Both the position numbers and the translations under genes were made by a program. The notes below the pieces were generated by a model. The model was not told where the DNA came from, searched no databases, and was given only the letters and a program-made list of their open reading frames with translations. From NCBI GenBank assembly GCA_964579285.1, contig CAZOHS010000006.1, forward strand, positions 1 through 43,874: a stretch of 43,874 bases of DNA. Reading direction: 5' to 3'. Shown here one piece after another: positions 30,629 to 38,795 of the stretch. Within the stretch, counting starts at the first letter, position 1; each line of letters opens with the position of its first letter. Source of the stretch: an uncultured Rhodospirillaceae bacterium. GTDB lineage: Bacteria; Pseudomonadota; Alphaproteobacteria; MPNO01; UBA830.

Positions 30629-31494
30629 CCAACTGCCTCCTGTATCTTAAATACGGGCCCCTCTCGGCAAACACGCCGAAGCACACGTTCACCATCTACC
30701 TGGAACGTTCTCATGCACACGTAGCAAGCGCCAAAACCGCAAACCATAATCTGCTCCATTGCCACCTGTCCAGGTACATTGTGTTTTTTTCCTAGCGTTT
30801 GCATGAGGTTAAGCAAGCGGCTTGATCCACAGGTAAAAAAAGCATCTGCCTTGCCAGAGGAGATCAGTCGCTCGAGTATTTTTTCGACGTTGTCCACATC
30901 ACTACTGCCGTCTTCATCAACAACCGAAAACGTCTCGGCGCCCAACTCACGAAACAAGTCTTGGGACATCAATAGCTCCGACTTACGTGCGCTTAAAATA
31001 GCGGTGACACCCACACCTTTTTCCGCTGCAAGTTGAGACAATGGTGCGAGAGTTGCCAATCCCACTCCCCGACCGAGCACAACAATATTCTTCCACGCCG
31101 GATCCAGCGCAAATCCGATGCCCAAGGGCCCGGAGATATTGAACGTGTCTCCGGACTCCAACATACCCATTCCTCTCGTACCCCGGCCTTCACATTTATA
31201 GAGAAATTCAATTTGTCCGGCTGGACTATTTACGCGGTAGACGCTCATGGGACGGCGCATCCAAACCTCGGCGCCGTCGGGTGAAGGGCACAGAAGGTGA
31301 AAAAATTGTCCTGCGTAAGCGGACAACGCCTTCTCGGGAACGCTGAGACACAGCAGCTTATATTCGTCATTTACCCATTCATTGGACACAACATCCGTTA
31401 AGTATTCCCCGACCGGTTTTTCGGGATAGTGATCAAACTCCCCGGGCCGTATCGCTGAAGTTGTATAGTTTTCATTGGGACGGAGATCATTCAT
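30622..31494 (-). CDS. PyrK-like FAD/[2Fe-2S] electron transfer subunit
   Basis: AGQFF, RRPMSV, G.GT, GPLGIGF, GRGVGLA and EQIMVCGFGACYVC...CREGPVF. Start set to ATG 31494; overlaps the PyrD-like start by 7 nt. Confidence 0.88.
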   Translation of the reverse strand: MNDLRPNENYTTSAIRPGEFDHYPEKPVGEYLTDVVSNEWVNDEYKLLCLSVPEKALSAYAGQFFHLLCPSPDGAEVWMRRPMSVYRVNSPAGQIEFLYKCEGRGTRGMGMLESGDTFNISGPLGIGFALDPAWKNIVVLGRGVGLATLAPLSQLAAEKGVGVTAILSARKSELLMSQDLFRELGAETFSVVDEDGSSDVDNVEKILERLISSGKADAFFTCGSSRLLNLMQTLGKKHNVPGQVAMEQIMVCGFGACYVCMRTFQVDGERVLRRVCREGPVFKIQEAVGW

Positions 31495-31534
31495 TTTTCT
31501 ATATTTATCGTTTAAAGGGTTAAAAACACTTAGC

Positions 31535-31577
31535 ACAATATTGTAATAAATTAAAGATAAATTCCATTTTTATTACA
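31535..31577. promoter_or_regulatory. AT-rich palindromic sites upstream of the PyrK-like gene
   Basis: ACAATATTGT palindrome (31535-31544) and TGTAATAAA-N18-TTTATTACA inverted repeat (31542-31577). Confidence 0.35.
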
Positions 31578-32897
31578 CGTAGCACCCTCGCCAAACAACA
31601 TCGTAATGTTAATACGGTGATTTTGATATCCGGGGGCAAAATCAGGTTTATCCGTTTCGTGAAAGAGCCGAGAATCAAATAACACCGCCCGATTTGTCCG
31701 GTAGGGAACCGAAACCGCAGACGCACCATTAAGGCTTAAAAATTGGTTAATTTCAGATTGATTTTCCTCGTAACCGATAGGTTCCCAGTCCGGTGGTGGC
31801 AGTTCGCGATAGATCGTTAGCCCACCGTTAGGCGGGTTTTGATTTGCCTCATCAGGCGTGATCCAGAAGTTAAGGCTTACAGCTCCGTCGTCAGCGTGCA
31901 CCTTAATAGGTCGTGTACCCACTAAACTCTTAAATGCCCATGCTTGAGAAAGAGGATGGTCACTCAAAATCTCCGGTAAAGCCGTCCGGAATTCGTGCGC
32001 AATTTGAAGAATTAATGGGCAGGCCAAACCATCTTCAAGGTAGGAAGCCACAAAACCTGGTATGTGCTGAAAGTCGTGCCAAATTGTGCTTTGTTGTAAA
32101 AAACGCTGCAGCCTTTCTAATGCTTGAGGGCTGAGAAAATCGTCAAAATATGAAATGAGCGGCGTATGGGACCCGTACTCATCGCCAACGTTGTTATAGT
32201 TTAGATTCGCATTTACCGCCCCTCCGGATACTGCGGGTGCATCCACCGAGTGTATCGACCCATTATAATCCCAACCAAGACGGTCTAGCTGATCCGGTAA
32301 TAATACCGACACGCCGTCTGCTAGCTCCTGAGCAACCCCCTCATATAGCCGGGCAAGAATTTCAAATCTTTCCCCATCACGTGCACGACGTGGCAGGTTT
32401 CGAAACAGATCTGCATCGTGTTTCAACTTCATGGATGTTGCGGTTTTAAGAGATCTCGCCGCAATGCCCGTTCGGTCTTCACCTCTGCGCAACTCATAGG
32501 TGCGTGCAAAATGATCGAGCGACCGGCCAAGATTACCGAATTCCAGCCAAAAATATCCTAATGCGAGGTGTGCGTCGTAGTGTTCCGGTTCCAGGCTAAC
32601 CGTCGATTGAAATGCTTCGACCGCCTCTTTGCCGCGACCAAGCGCTTTCAACGCATTGCCCCGATTGAAGTGAGCAGAAAAATATTCCGGGTGCGAAAAA
32701 ATTAAACGGTCAAAAAGTTCTATCGCTTGTTCAAGTGCGCCCCGACGCGCTGATAAAACCGCCAGATTATGAAGGGCTCCGGAGTGACTTGGTTCTAGTT
32801 GAAGTGCTTCGCGGTAAGTGGCCTCAGCATCATGAAACTTTTTGGCGTCCTGATATGCGGCCGCCTTGGATAGCAGAGACTCCAGATCTGGAACCAT
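31551..32897 (-). CDS. TPR-repeat protein with a putative C-terminal Fe(II)/2-oxoglutarate oxygenase-like domain
   Basis: N-terminal TPRs (AEATYREALQLEP, ALHNLA, AHFNRGNALKALG); C-terminal VHAD...NRAVLFDSRLFHET...HRINITMLF fits HxD...H...R. Confidence 0.7.
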   Translation of the reverse strand: MVPDLESLLSKAAAYQDAKKFHDAEATYREALQLEPSHSGALHNLAVLSARRGALEQAIELFDRLIFSHPEYFSAHFNRGNALKALGRGKEAVEAFQSTVSLEPEHYDAHLALGYFWLEFGNLGRSLDHFARTYELRRGEDRTGIAARSLKTATSMKLKHDADLFRNLPRRARDGERFEILARLYEGVAQELADGVSVLLPDQLDRLGWDYNGSIHSVDAPAVSGGAVNANLNYNNVGDEYGSHTPLISYFDDFLSPQALERLQRFLQQSTIWHDFQHIPGFVASYLEDGLACPLILQIAHEFRTALPEILSDHPLSQAWAFKSLVGTRPIKVHADDGAVSLNFWITPDEANQNPPNGGLTIYRELPPPDWEPIGYEENQSEINQFLSLNGASAVSVPYRTNRAVLFDSRLFHETDKPDFAPGYQNHRINITMLFGEGATCNKNGIYL

Positions 32898-32898
32898 G

Positions 32899-33783
32899 TT
32901 AGTTCGATAGTTTCTTCATAAGTTCGCGCATAAACTTCGCCGCATTCTTTCCTTTATGAGCCCTGCGCCACATGTTGTTGACAGTCTTTTCATGAAGCTC
33001 CACGGCTTCCGGCGCGGAGGTGATCATGGCGATACCCCCTTGGATATTTGGCTGTTCGCCAAGTCGAAATGGACTCAACGATAGAATTTTGCGATCCGCC
33101 TGTTTAAAGATCTGAAAACTATTGTGAGGTAATGAACCCGGGACTATTCCAATTTGGACACCAATCGGCTCCTCTTCCATCAATTGGATTAGATGTTCTG
33201 CCTCAAGTCGTGCCCGAGAACGCCGTTGGGCTTTAACGTTTTCAGGTAAATCGAGAGATCCAACCAATCCATTACGCAGAAACCGATCAATCTCCGCCCC
33301 TGAAATAAGATTCAGTATACCCGGTTTGCGCGATTTCCATGTTTCTTTTCGTCGACGCAGAATAGAAATTAGTTCTCCGACAATATCACGCTCAGCACTT
33401 TGTTCCGCCACACCCTCTGCAATACTCTCGGCGAGAACTTCTTCCAACATGTCACTGAAGGAGTCTGAAGAAAGCAAAAACGAAACCGGACCCGCAAGTA
33501 CGATAATATGTTCAGCACTTTCTTCGATTTGACGTAAACGCTCGAAAAACGTGACGGCTGATGAAATGTATTCTACGCCAACGCCTAGTAAAGTAGGAAC
33601 CGACACCTCTAACAAAACCGACAGCTTCTCAAGCGTTTCGATCTTGGCTACGTCCCCCTTTTCAAACCGATATAAGGCCGTCCGGGAAATACCAAGACGA
33701 CGTGCAATCTCATCAGCACTGAGACCGGTAGCCAAACGAAACGCTTTTAATCGATCCCCTATATCATCGAAGCGTATAGTCAT
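32899..33783 (-). CDS. XRE/Cro-C1 HTH transcriptional regulator with a large C-terminal domain
   Basis: IGDRLKAFR...GLS..EIARRLGISRTALYRFEKG HTH followed by about 225 aa that I cannot assign. Confidence 0.87.
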   Translation of the reverse strand: MTIRFDDIGDRLKAFRLATGLSADEIARRLGISRTALYRFEKGDVAKIETLEKLSVLLEVSVPTLLGVGVEYISSAVTFFERLRQIEESAEHIIVLAGPVSFLLSSDSFSDMLEEVLAESIAEGVAEQSAERDIVGELISILRRRKETWKSRKPGILNLISGAEIDRFLRNGLVGSLDLPENVKAQRRSRARLEAEHLIQLMEEEPIGVQIGIVPGSLPHNSFQIFKQADRKILSLSPFRLGEQPNIQGGIAMITSAPEAVELHEKTVNNMWRRAHKGKNAAKFMRELMKKLSN

Positions 33784-33818
33784 TCAGGCACCTGCCGCGC
33801 TGCGTTTTGCGAGTCACT

Positions 33819-33836
33819 TTCCGTCACGTGACGGAA
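33819..33836. promoter_or_regulatory. Perfect 18-bp palindrome TTCCGTCACGTGACGGAA, candidate operator
   Basis: Exact self-complementary 18-mer in the roughly 90-bp gap between the divergent XRE regulator and MBL gene. Confidence 0.55.
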
Positions 33837-33873
33837 GAGGTACAAGGTTTATGTGTCGGGGGTCAACGGACAG

Positions 33874-34866
33874 ATGACAAATTGGCGTTATACAAAAGGC
33901 TTGCACGACCTTGGAAACGGAAGCTGGGCATGGCTGCTTCCGGACGGCGGTTGGGGTTGGAGTAATGCTGGATTGATTGTGGATGCCGACCAGTCTCTAT
34001 TGGTTGATACGCTTTTTGACCTTCCGTTAACGGCAGAAATGCTGGCAGCTATGCGCAACACTGCACCGGCCGCTCAGGAAATTAATACACTCATCAACAC
34101 CCACGCCAATGGGGATCATACGTTTGGTAACCAACTTGTTTCGGGTGCTAAAATAATTTCCTCTACTGCATGCAAACAAGAAATGGACGGACGACCACCC
34201 GAGGTATTTGTTGACCGAGTAAAGAATTGGGAAAGTCTGGGCGATGCGGGCGCTATTATCTGGGAACTCATGGGTCGTAAATTTAACTACGACGGCATAA
34301 TTTATACCCCACCAACACACACCTTTGAAAAATCTCTCTCGTTCACGGTAGGACAAAAACGAGTAGAGCTGACAAATGTAGGGCCGGCACACACTGGAGG
34401 AGATGTGCTAGTGTATGTACCGGAAGACAGGACCATTTTTACGGGCGATATCATTTTTGTCGGTGGTCATCCGGTGATGTGGGCGGGTCCAGTGGACAAT
34501 TGGATTAAGGCCTGTGACTACATTCTCGGTTTGGACGTTGAAACGGTTGTCCCGGGACACGGTCCAATCAGTGGCAAAGATGAAGTCCGTGCTTTGCGTA
34601 ATTATCTGTCGGAAATACGAGACGAAGCACGGAAAAGGTATGACGCGGGTTTGAATTGGGTGGAGGCATCAGAGGAAATCGTCACTGATTTTTATAATAA
34701 TTGGATAGACCGCGAAAGGGTTTTCATAAATGTTAACTCCCTCTACAGAGAATTTAACCATGATAGAAAACCGCCAGCCGCAATGAAGGTGTTTTCCGAG
34801 ATGGCGAAATGGTATTGGTCGGAATATCCTGACCGATATCCACATAGTAGTTGCAGAGGACACTGA
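33874..34866 (+). CDS. Metallo-beta-lactamase-fold hydrolase (cyclase-like)
   Basis: WGWSNAG, VDT, THANGDHTFGN, AHTGGD, FTGD and VPGHG. Start is 33874 (ATG) or 33853 (GTG). Confidence 0.87.
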   Translation: MTNWRYTKGLHDLGNGSWAWLLPDGGWGWSNAGLIVDADQSLLVDTLFDLPLTAEMLAAMRNTAPAAQEINTLINTHANGDHTFGNQLVSGAKIISSTACKQEMDGRPPEVFVDRVKNWESLGDAGAIIWELMGRKFNYDGIIYTPPTHTFEKSLSFTVGQKRVELTNVGPAHTGGDVLVYVPEDRTIFTGDIIFVGGHPVMWAGPVDNWIKACDYILGLDVETVVPGHGPISGKDEVRALRNYLSEIRDEARKRYDAGLNWVEASEEIVTDFYNNWIDRERVFINVNSLYREFNHDRKPPAAMKVFSEMAKWYWSEYPDRYPHSSCRGH

Positions 34867-34871
34867 CACAA

Positions 34872-35288
34872 ATGACACTGAACATTAAACACTCTGTAAA
34901 ACAAATGGTTGCCGATGCTAATAAGGAAGTTGAAGAAATCAGTATCACCGATGCACGACTACTTATCGGGCAAGAAAACGTGCTGTTCATCGATATCCGA
35001 GATATCCGAGAGGTGGCCAAAACTGGCCGTATTGTCGGCGCCCGGCATGTACCGAGAGGCATGCTAGAAATGTGGATTGACCCGGACACCCCTTACCACC
35101 GTTCATTTTTTGCTGATGAAAAGAAGTTTATTTTTTATTGCGCCGGCGCCTGGCGCTCTGCTCTTGCCGCAAAAACAGCGCAGGATATGGGTCTCACGCC
35201 AGTTGCCCACTTAGAGGGTGGAATGACGGCCTGGATCGAGGCCGGCGCACCGATTGAACCGCCCAAGGACCGAAAAATAAGAGACTAA
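34872..35288 (+). CDS. Single-domain rhodanese
   Basis: IDIRD.RE...G.I.GA.HVPRGMLE, YCAGAWRSA active-site loop and L.GG..AW. Confidence 0.9.
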   Translation: MTLNIKHSVKQMVADANKEVEEISITDARLLIGQENVLFIDIRDIREVAKTGRIVGARHVPRGMLEMWIDPDTPYHRSFFADEKKFIFYCAGAWRSALAAKTAQDMGLTPVAHLEGGMTAWIEAGAPIEPPKDRKIRD

Positions 35289-36703
35289 TGATAATGGATA
35301 ATCGCTCAAACCAGCCCTACACCCCGGACCTGCGGGGTTTCATCGAGTATCTAGACACAGTACATCCGGATCAAATCATCCGCATATCCAAGGAGGTTGA
35401 CCCAAAGTTCGGGGTAACCGGCATACTCGATCAGCTAGAAAAAGATGGTCATTTCGAAGCCGTAATCTTCGAAAACGTGAAGGGATCAAATATACCCCTA
35501 GTCGCGAACATGCATGGCCATTTTGCGCGCCTGCGGTACGCCATTGGGATGGAAGAAGGCGACGAGAAAGCCTTTCTAAAAGAATACGCTTCCTTGGAAG
35601 CCAATCCGATCGAACCGGTAATGGTGGAGGACGCGCCAGTACAGGAAATTGTGAAAACCGGAGACAAAATTAACGTGGATGAGCTGCCAATCTGCACGTA
35701 CCACGAACTCGACGCCGGCCGCTTTATCACCGCCGGATTAGGATTAATGCGGGATCCCGACACGGGTATCGATAATATTGGCATTTATCGCCATCAAGTA
35801 CATAGCCGCAATGAACTTGGTGTCCAGTTGTCGGAAACAGCGGACGGTAACGTAATTTGGAAGAAATATGAGGCCCGCGGAGAGGCATGCCCAATCGCAA
35901 TAGTCATTGGCCACCACCCCGCGTTTTTCTTAGGCTCGCTAAGTTACACGCCAATTGACTCCAACGAACTACACGTTGCCGGGGGAATTTTGCAACGCCC
36001 GGTGCCTCTGGTGCCGTGCAAGACTATCCCGCTTGCCGTCCCCGGCGATGCAGAAATAGTGATCGAATGCGTAATTCGTCCAAATGAACGCCGTGCGGAG
36101 GCCCCCTTTGGTGAATTTCCGGGAACGTACGGACCCGAACGAATGAACCCAGTGCTCGAGATCAAGGCCATTACGCACCGCAAAAATCCACTCTACCAAA
36201 ACGCCTTTGTGGGACACCCAGACAACCTATTGCTTTCAGGGGTAATTAGATCGACCGCGATAGAGGAAACAGTCAAGATGGCGTGTGGTACCGTCACCGG
36301 TGTCCACATGCCACGGTCCGGTCGTTTCCGCTTCAGCTGTTACATTGCCATTGACCGTAAAATCGAAGGGGAAGCAAAGGCCGCGGCAATGGCCGCATTC
36401 GTTACGGATCCTTTTCTCAAGTTCGCTATTGTTGTCGATCACGATGTCGACATAACAAGCGATACGGAAGTGATGCACGCGATCGCCACCCGTGTGAGGG
36501 CGGATCGAGATATTTTTATGGTCCCCTACGCGAAGGGCTCTCCACTTGACCCCGCGTCTTACGATCCAGCCGCGGGCTCACACTTAGTTACTAAGATGGG
36601 TATAGATGCAACCCGAAAGGATAATTACCCACAGGAAATCTCCATACCCGGGGTAGAAAACATAGACTTGTCAGACTTCATTGATGGTTATACCAAAAAA
36701 TAA
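35288..36703 (+). CDS. UbiD family (prFMN-dependent) decarboxylase 2
   Basis: DLRGFI, DAGRFITAG, NIGIYRHQ, EAPFGEFPGTY, VVDHDVD, LDPA and KMGIDAT; TAATG overlap with the rhodanese stop. Confidence 0.92.
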   Translation: MIMDNRSNQPYTPDLRGFIEYLDTVHPDQIIRISKEVDPKFGVTGILDQLEKDGHFEAVIFENVKGSNIPLVANMHGHFARLRYAIGMEEGDEKAFLKEYASLEANPIEPVMVEDAPVQEIVKTGDKINVDELPICTYHELDAGRFITAGLGLMRDPDTGIDNIGIYRHQVHSRNELGVQLSETADGNVIWKKYEARGEACPIAIVIGHHPAFFLGSLSYTPIDSNELHVAGGILQRPVPLVPCKTIPLAVPGDAEIVIECVIRPNERRAEAPFGEFPGTYGPERMNPVLEIKAITHRKNPLYQNAFVGHPDNLLLSGVIRSTAIEETVKMACGTVTGVHMPRSGRFRFSCYIAIDRKIEGEAKAAAMAAFVTDPFLKFAIVVDHDVDITSDTEVMHAIATRVRADRDIFMVPYAKGSPLDPASYDPAAGSHLVTKMGIDATRKDNYPQEISIPGVENIDLSDFIDGYTKK

Positions 36704-36716
36704 GGGGCCGTGACTT

Positions 36717-37667
36717 ATGACTGACTGCCATCGCATCGATGTCCACCACCATATTCTGCCACCCAACTATGTAGATATAGTAGGCGACGATCGGATAGGA
36801 CCGTTAATCCTTGCCGGGAAAACTCCAGATTGGACCCCCGCCATGTCCATCGAGGCTATGGACCGCAACGGAATTGAGAGGGCCATCACGTCGATCTCCG
36901 CACCCGGCTTATGGTTTGGTAATCGTCAAGAAACCACCGATCTTTGCCGGCATTGCAATGAATATGCAGCCGAAATCGTCAGAGATTACCCAAACAGATT
37001 CGGTATTTTTGCGGGGCTTCCTCTTCCCGACGTAGATGCGAGTTTAAAAGAGATCTCCTTCTCCTTAGACGAGCTAAAGGCAGATGGTATTGGTTTACTT
37101 ACCAGCTACGGTGATCGATATCCCGGCGATCCCGAATTTGCCCCTGTATTTGATGAACTCAACCGGCGTCACGCGACTGTTTACTTTCACCCCACGAACG
37201 CCCCGTGCAATCAGTGCCAACCGGAAATACCGGCAGCCACCTTAGACTTTCCATTTGATACAACTCGTGCGGTTGTCAGTTTGCTTTTCAGCGGGACATT
37301 TGCGCGCTGCCACGACATTAAATTTATCTTTTCTCATGCCGGTGGGACAATACCATTTCTTGCGGAACGAATTGGACGTTTGCAGGGCCGTCCGGGCTTT
37401 AAAGAACATGTCCCCAATGGCGTCATTCCCGAGTTGGCGCGCCTTTATTACGATACCGCATTATCGACTAATTGGCTGGCATTCAAGAGCCTGTTTGAAT
37501 TGGTTTCAACAGAACACGTTCTCTTTGGCAGTGACTATCCCTTCGCACCGGAAGCCACAATGACGGGATCAATAAAGGCACTTCAAGAGATGGGGTTAGA
37601 GCCGAATGTGTTAAAAGGAATAGAGCGGAACAATGCGCTCGCGCTTTTTCCCCACTTCAAAGGCTAA
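36717..37667 (+). CDS. Amidohydro_2 family decarboxylase-like protein (paralog of 17380-18330)
   Basis: RIDVHHH, YFHP, DFPFDTTR, FSHAGGTIP and FGSDYPF motifs. Confidence 0.85.
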   Translation: MTDCHRIDVHHHILPPNYVDIVGDDRIGPLILAGKTPDWTPAMSIEAMDRNGIERAITSISAPGLWFGNRQETTDLCRHCNEYAAEIVRDYPNRFGIFAGLPLPDVDASLKEISFSLDELKADGIGLLTSYGDRYPGDPEFAPVFDELNRRHATVYFHPTNAPCNQCQPEIPAATLDFPFDTTRAVVSLLFSGTFARCHDIKFIFSHAGGTIPFLAERIGRLQGRPGFKEHVPNGVIPELARLYYDTALSTNWLAFKSLFELVSTEHVLFGSDYPFAPEATMTGSIKALQEMGLEPNVLKGIERNNALALFPHFKG

Positions 37668-37759
37668 AGACGGGCCCTTGCCTGTTCAAAGAAAATTGTC
37701 GTGAGATGTATTGTCATAGAGGGTTCTCCAGACGAGAGGGACCAAGGTAACATAAAGAT

Positions 37760-38590
37760 ATGACAAAATTTTCAGTGGCGCGGTTATCACCTGAAGTTGG
37801 AGCAGAAATTCGGGGGCTAGATCTTTCCAGGCCTTTGGAGACGGATACGATTGTCGACATTAATAACGCGTGGCTTGAACATCTTGTGCTTGTCTTTCGA
37901 TGCGGGCCCATCACGGAAAAAGAACAAGCTCGCTTCGCGGCATACTTTGGTAAAACAGTTGGAGCGCATGTGACGCAGCGCAAAGACGGCGGCGATCGAA
38001 GACTAATGCTGATAAGCAATATACGCGAGAACGGCAAACCTATTGGTGCGCTACCGGACGGCGAACTTATGTTTCATTCGGATTCGGCTTTTATAGAAAA
38101 ACCCCTAAAAGGTACGATCCTCTACGCAGAAGAAGTGACTTCTGCGGGTGGGCATACGCTCTTTGCAAATATGTACCAGGTCTATGACGTCCTACCAAAA
38201 CCGCTCCGAACAAAACTCACGGGGCTCCAGGCGGTAAATATTTTCGACTACAAAACGCTGGTTAAATCTGTCCGTTTTGATCGCAACACGTCACCCCACG
38301 CAGTCCATCCCGCAGTCCGAACACACCCCGAAACCGGACGAAAAGCGCTTTATGTGAACCGACTGATGACCGAAGAACTCGTAGGTATCGCTCCCAAGGA
38401 AAGTGATGCAATGCTCGAGGAATTGTTCAAATATGTAGAAAACTCGGACCACATATATGAACATGTTTGGGAAGTTAACGATCTCGTAATGTGGGATAAT
38501 CGCTGTACGCAACACGCACGAACCGACTTTCCAGCGAACGAGCGGCGGCTACTGCGCCGCGTCGGAATAGAAGGAGACCGACCCTTTTAG
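37760..38590 (+). CDS. TauD/TfdA family Fe(II)/2-oxoglutarate dioxygenase
   Basis: GAEIRGLDL, FHSD, GGHTLFAN, HP.VRTHPETGRKALYVN and WDNRCTQHAR motifs. Confidence 0.93.
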   Translation: MTKFSVARLSPEVGAEIRGLDLSRPLETDTIVDINNAWLEHLVLVFRCGPITEKEQARFAAYFGKTVGAHVTQRKDGGDRRLMLISNIRENGKPIGALPDGELMFHSDSAFIEKPLKGTILYAEEVTSAGGHTLFANMYQVYDVLPKPLRTKLTGLQAVNIFDYKTLVKSVRFDRNTSPHAVHPAVRTHPETGRKALYVNRLMTEELVGIAPKESDAMLEELFKYVENSDHIYEHVWEVNDLVMWDNRCTQHARTDFPANERRLLRRVGIEGDRPF

Positions 38591-38784
38591 AAAACGGGCT
38601 TGCTATTATCCAAGGGAATGCTCAGGGACATCCCACTACCCCCACAACAGGGGCAATTCATTGCTACGAGGATCTGTTGCTTTTGGGCTTCCGTCATGTC
38701 GGAATCCTCAAGCACCTTTATGACCTGAGCCCGGATCGCTTCGTGCATCGACGCGTCCGTGATGACACCCGTCTCTTCGATCAT
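38587..38784 (-). CDS. Small hypothetical protein with a CPCC motif
   Basis: 65 aa from ATG 38784 with an AGGA RBS; fills the gap directly downstream of the co-oriented amidohydrolase; contains AMNCPCCGGSG. Confidence 0.62.
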   Translation of the reverse strand: MIEETGVITDASMHEAIRAQVIKVLEDSDMTEAQKQQILVAMNCPCCGGSGMSLSIPLDNSKPVF

Positions 38785-38795
38785 GGTCAATGTTC

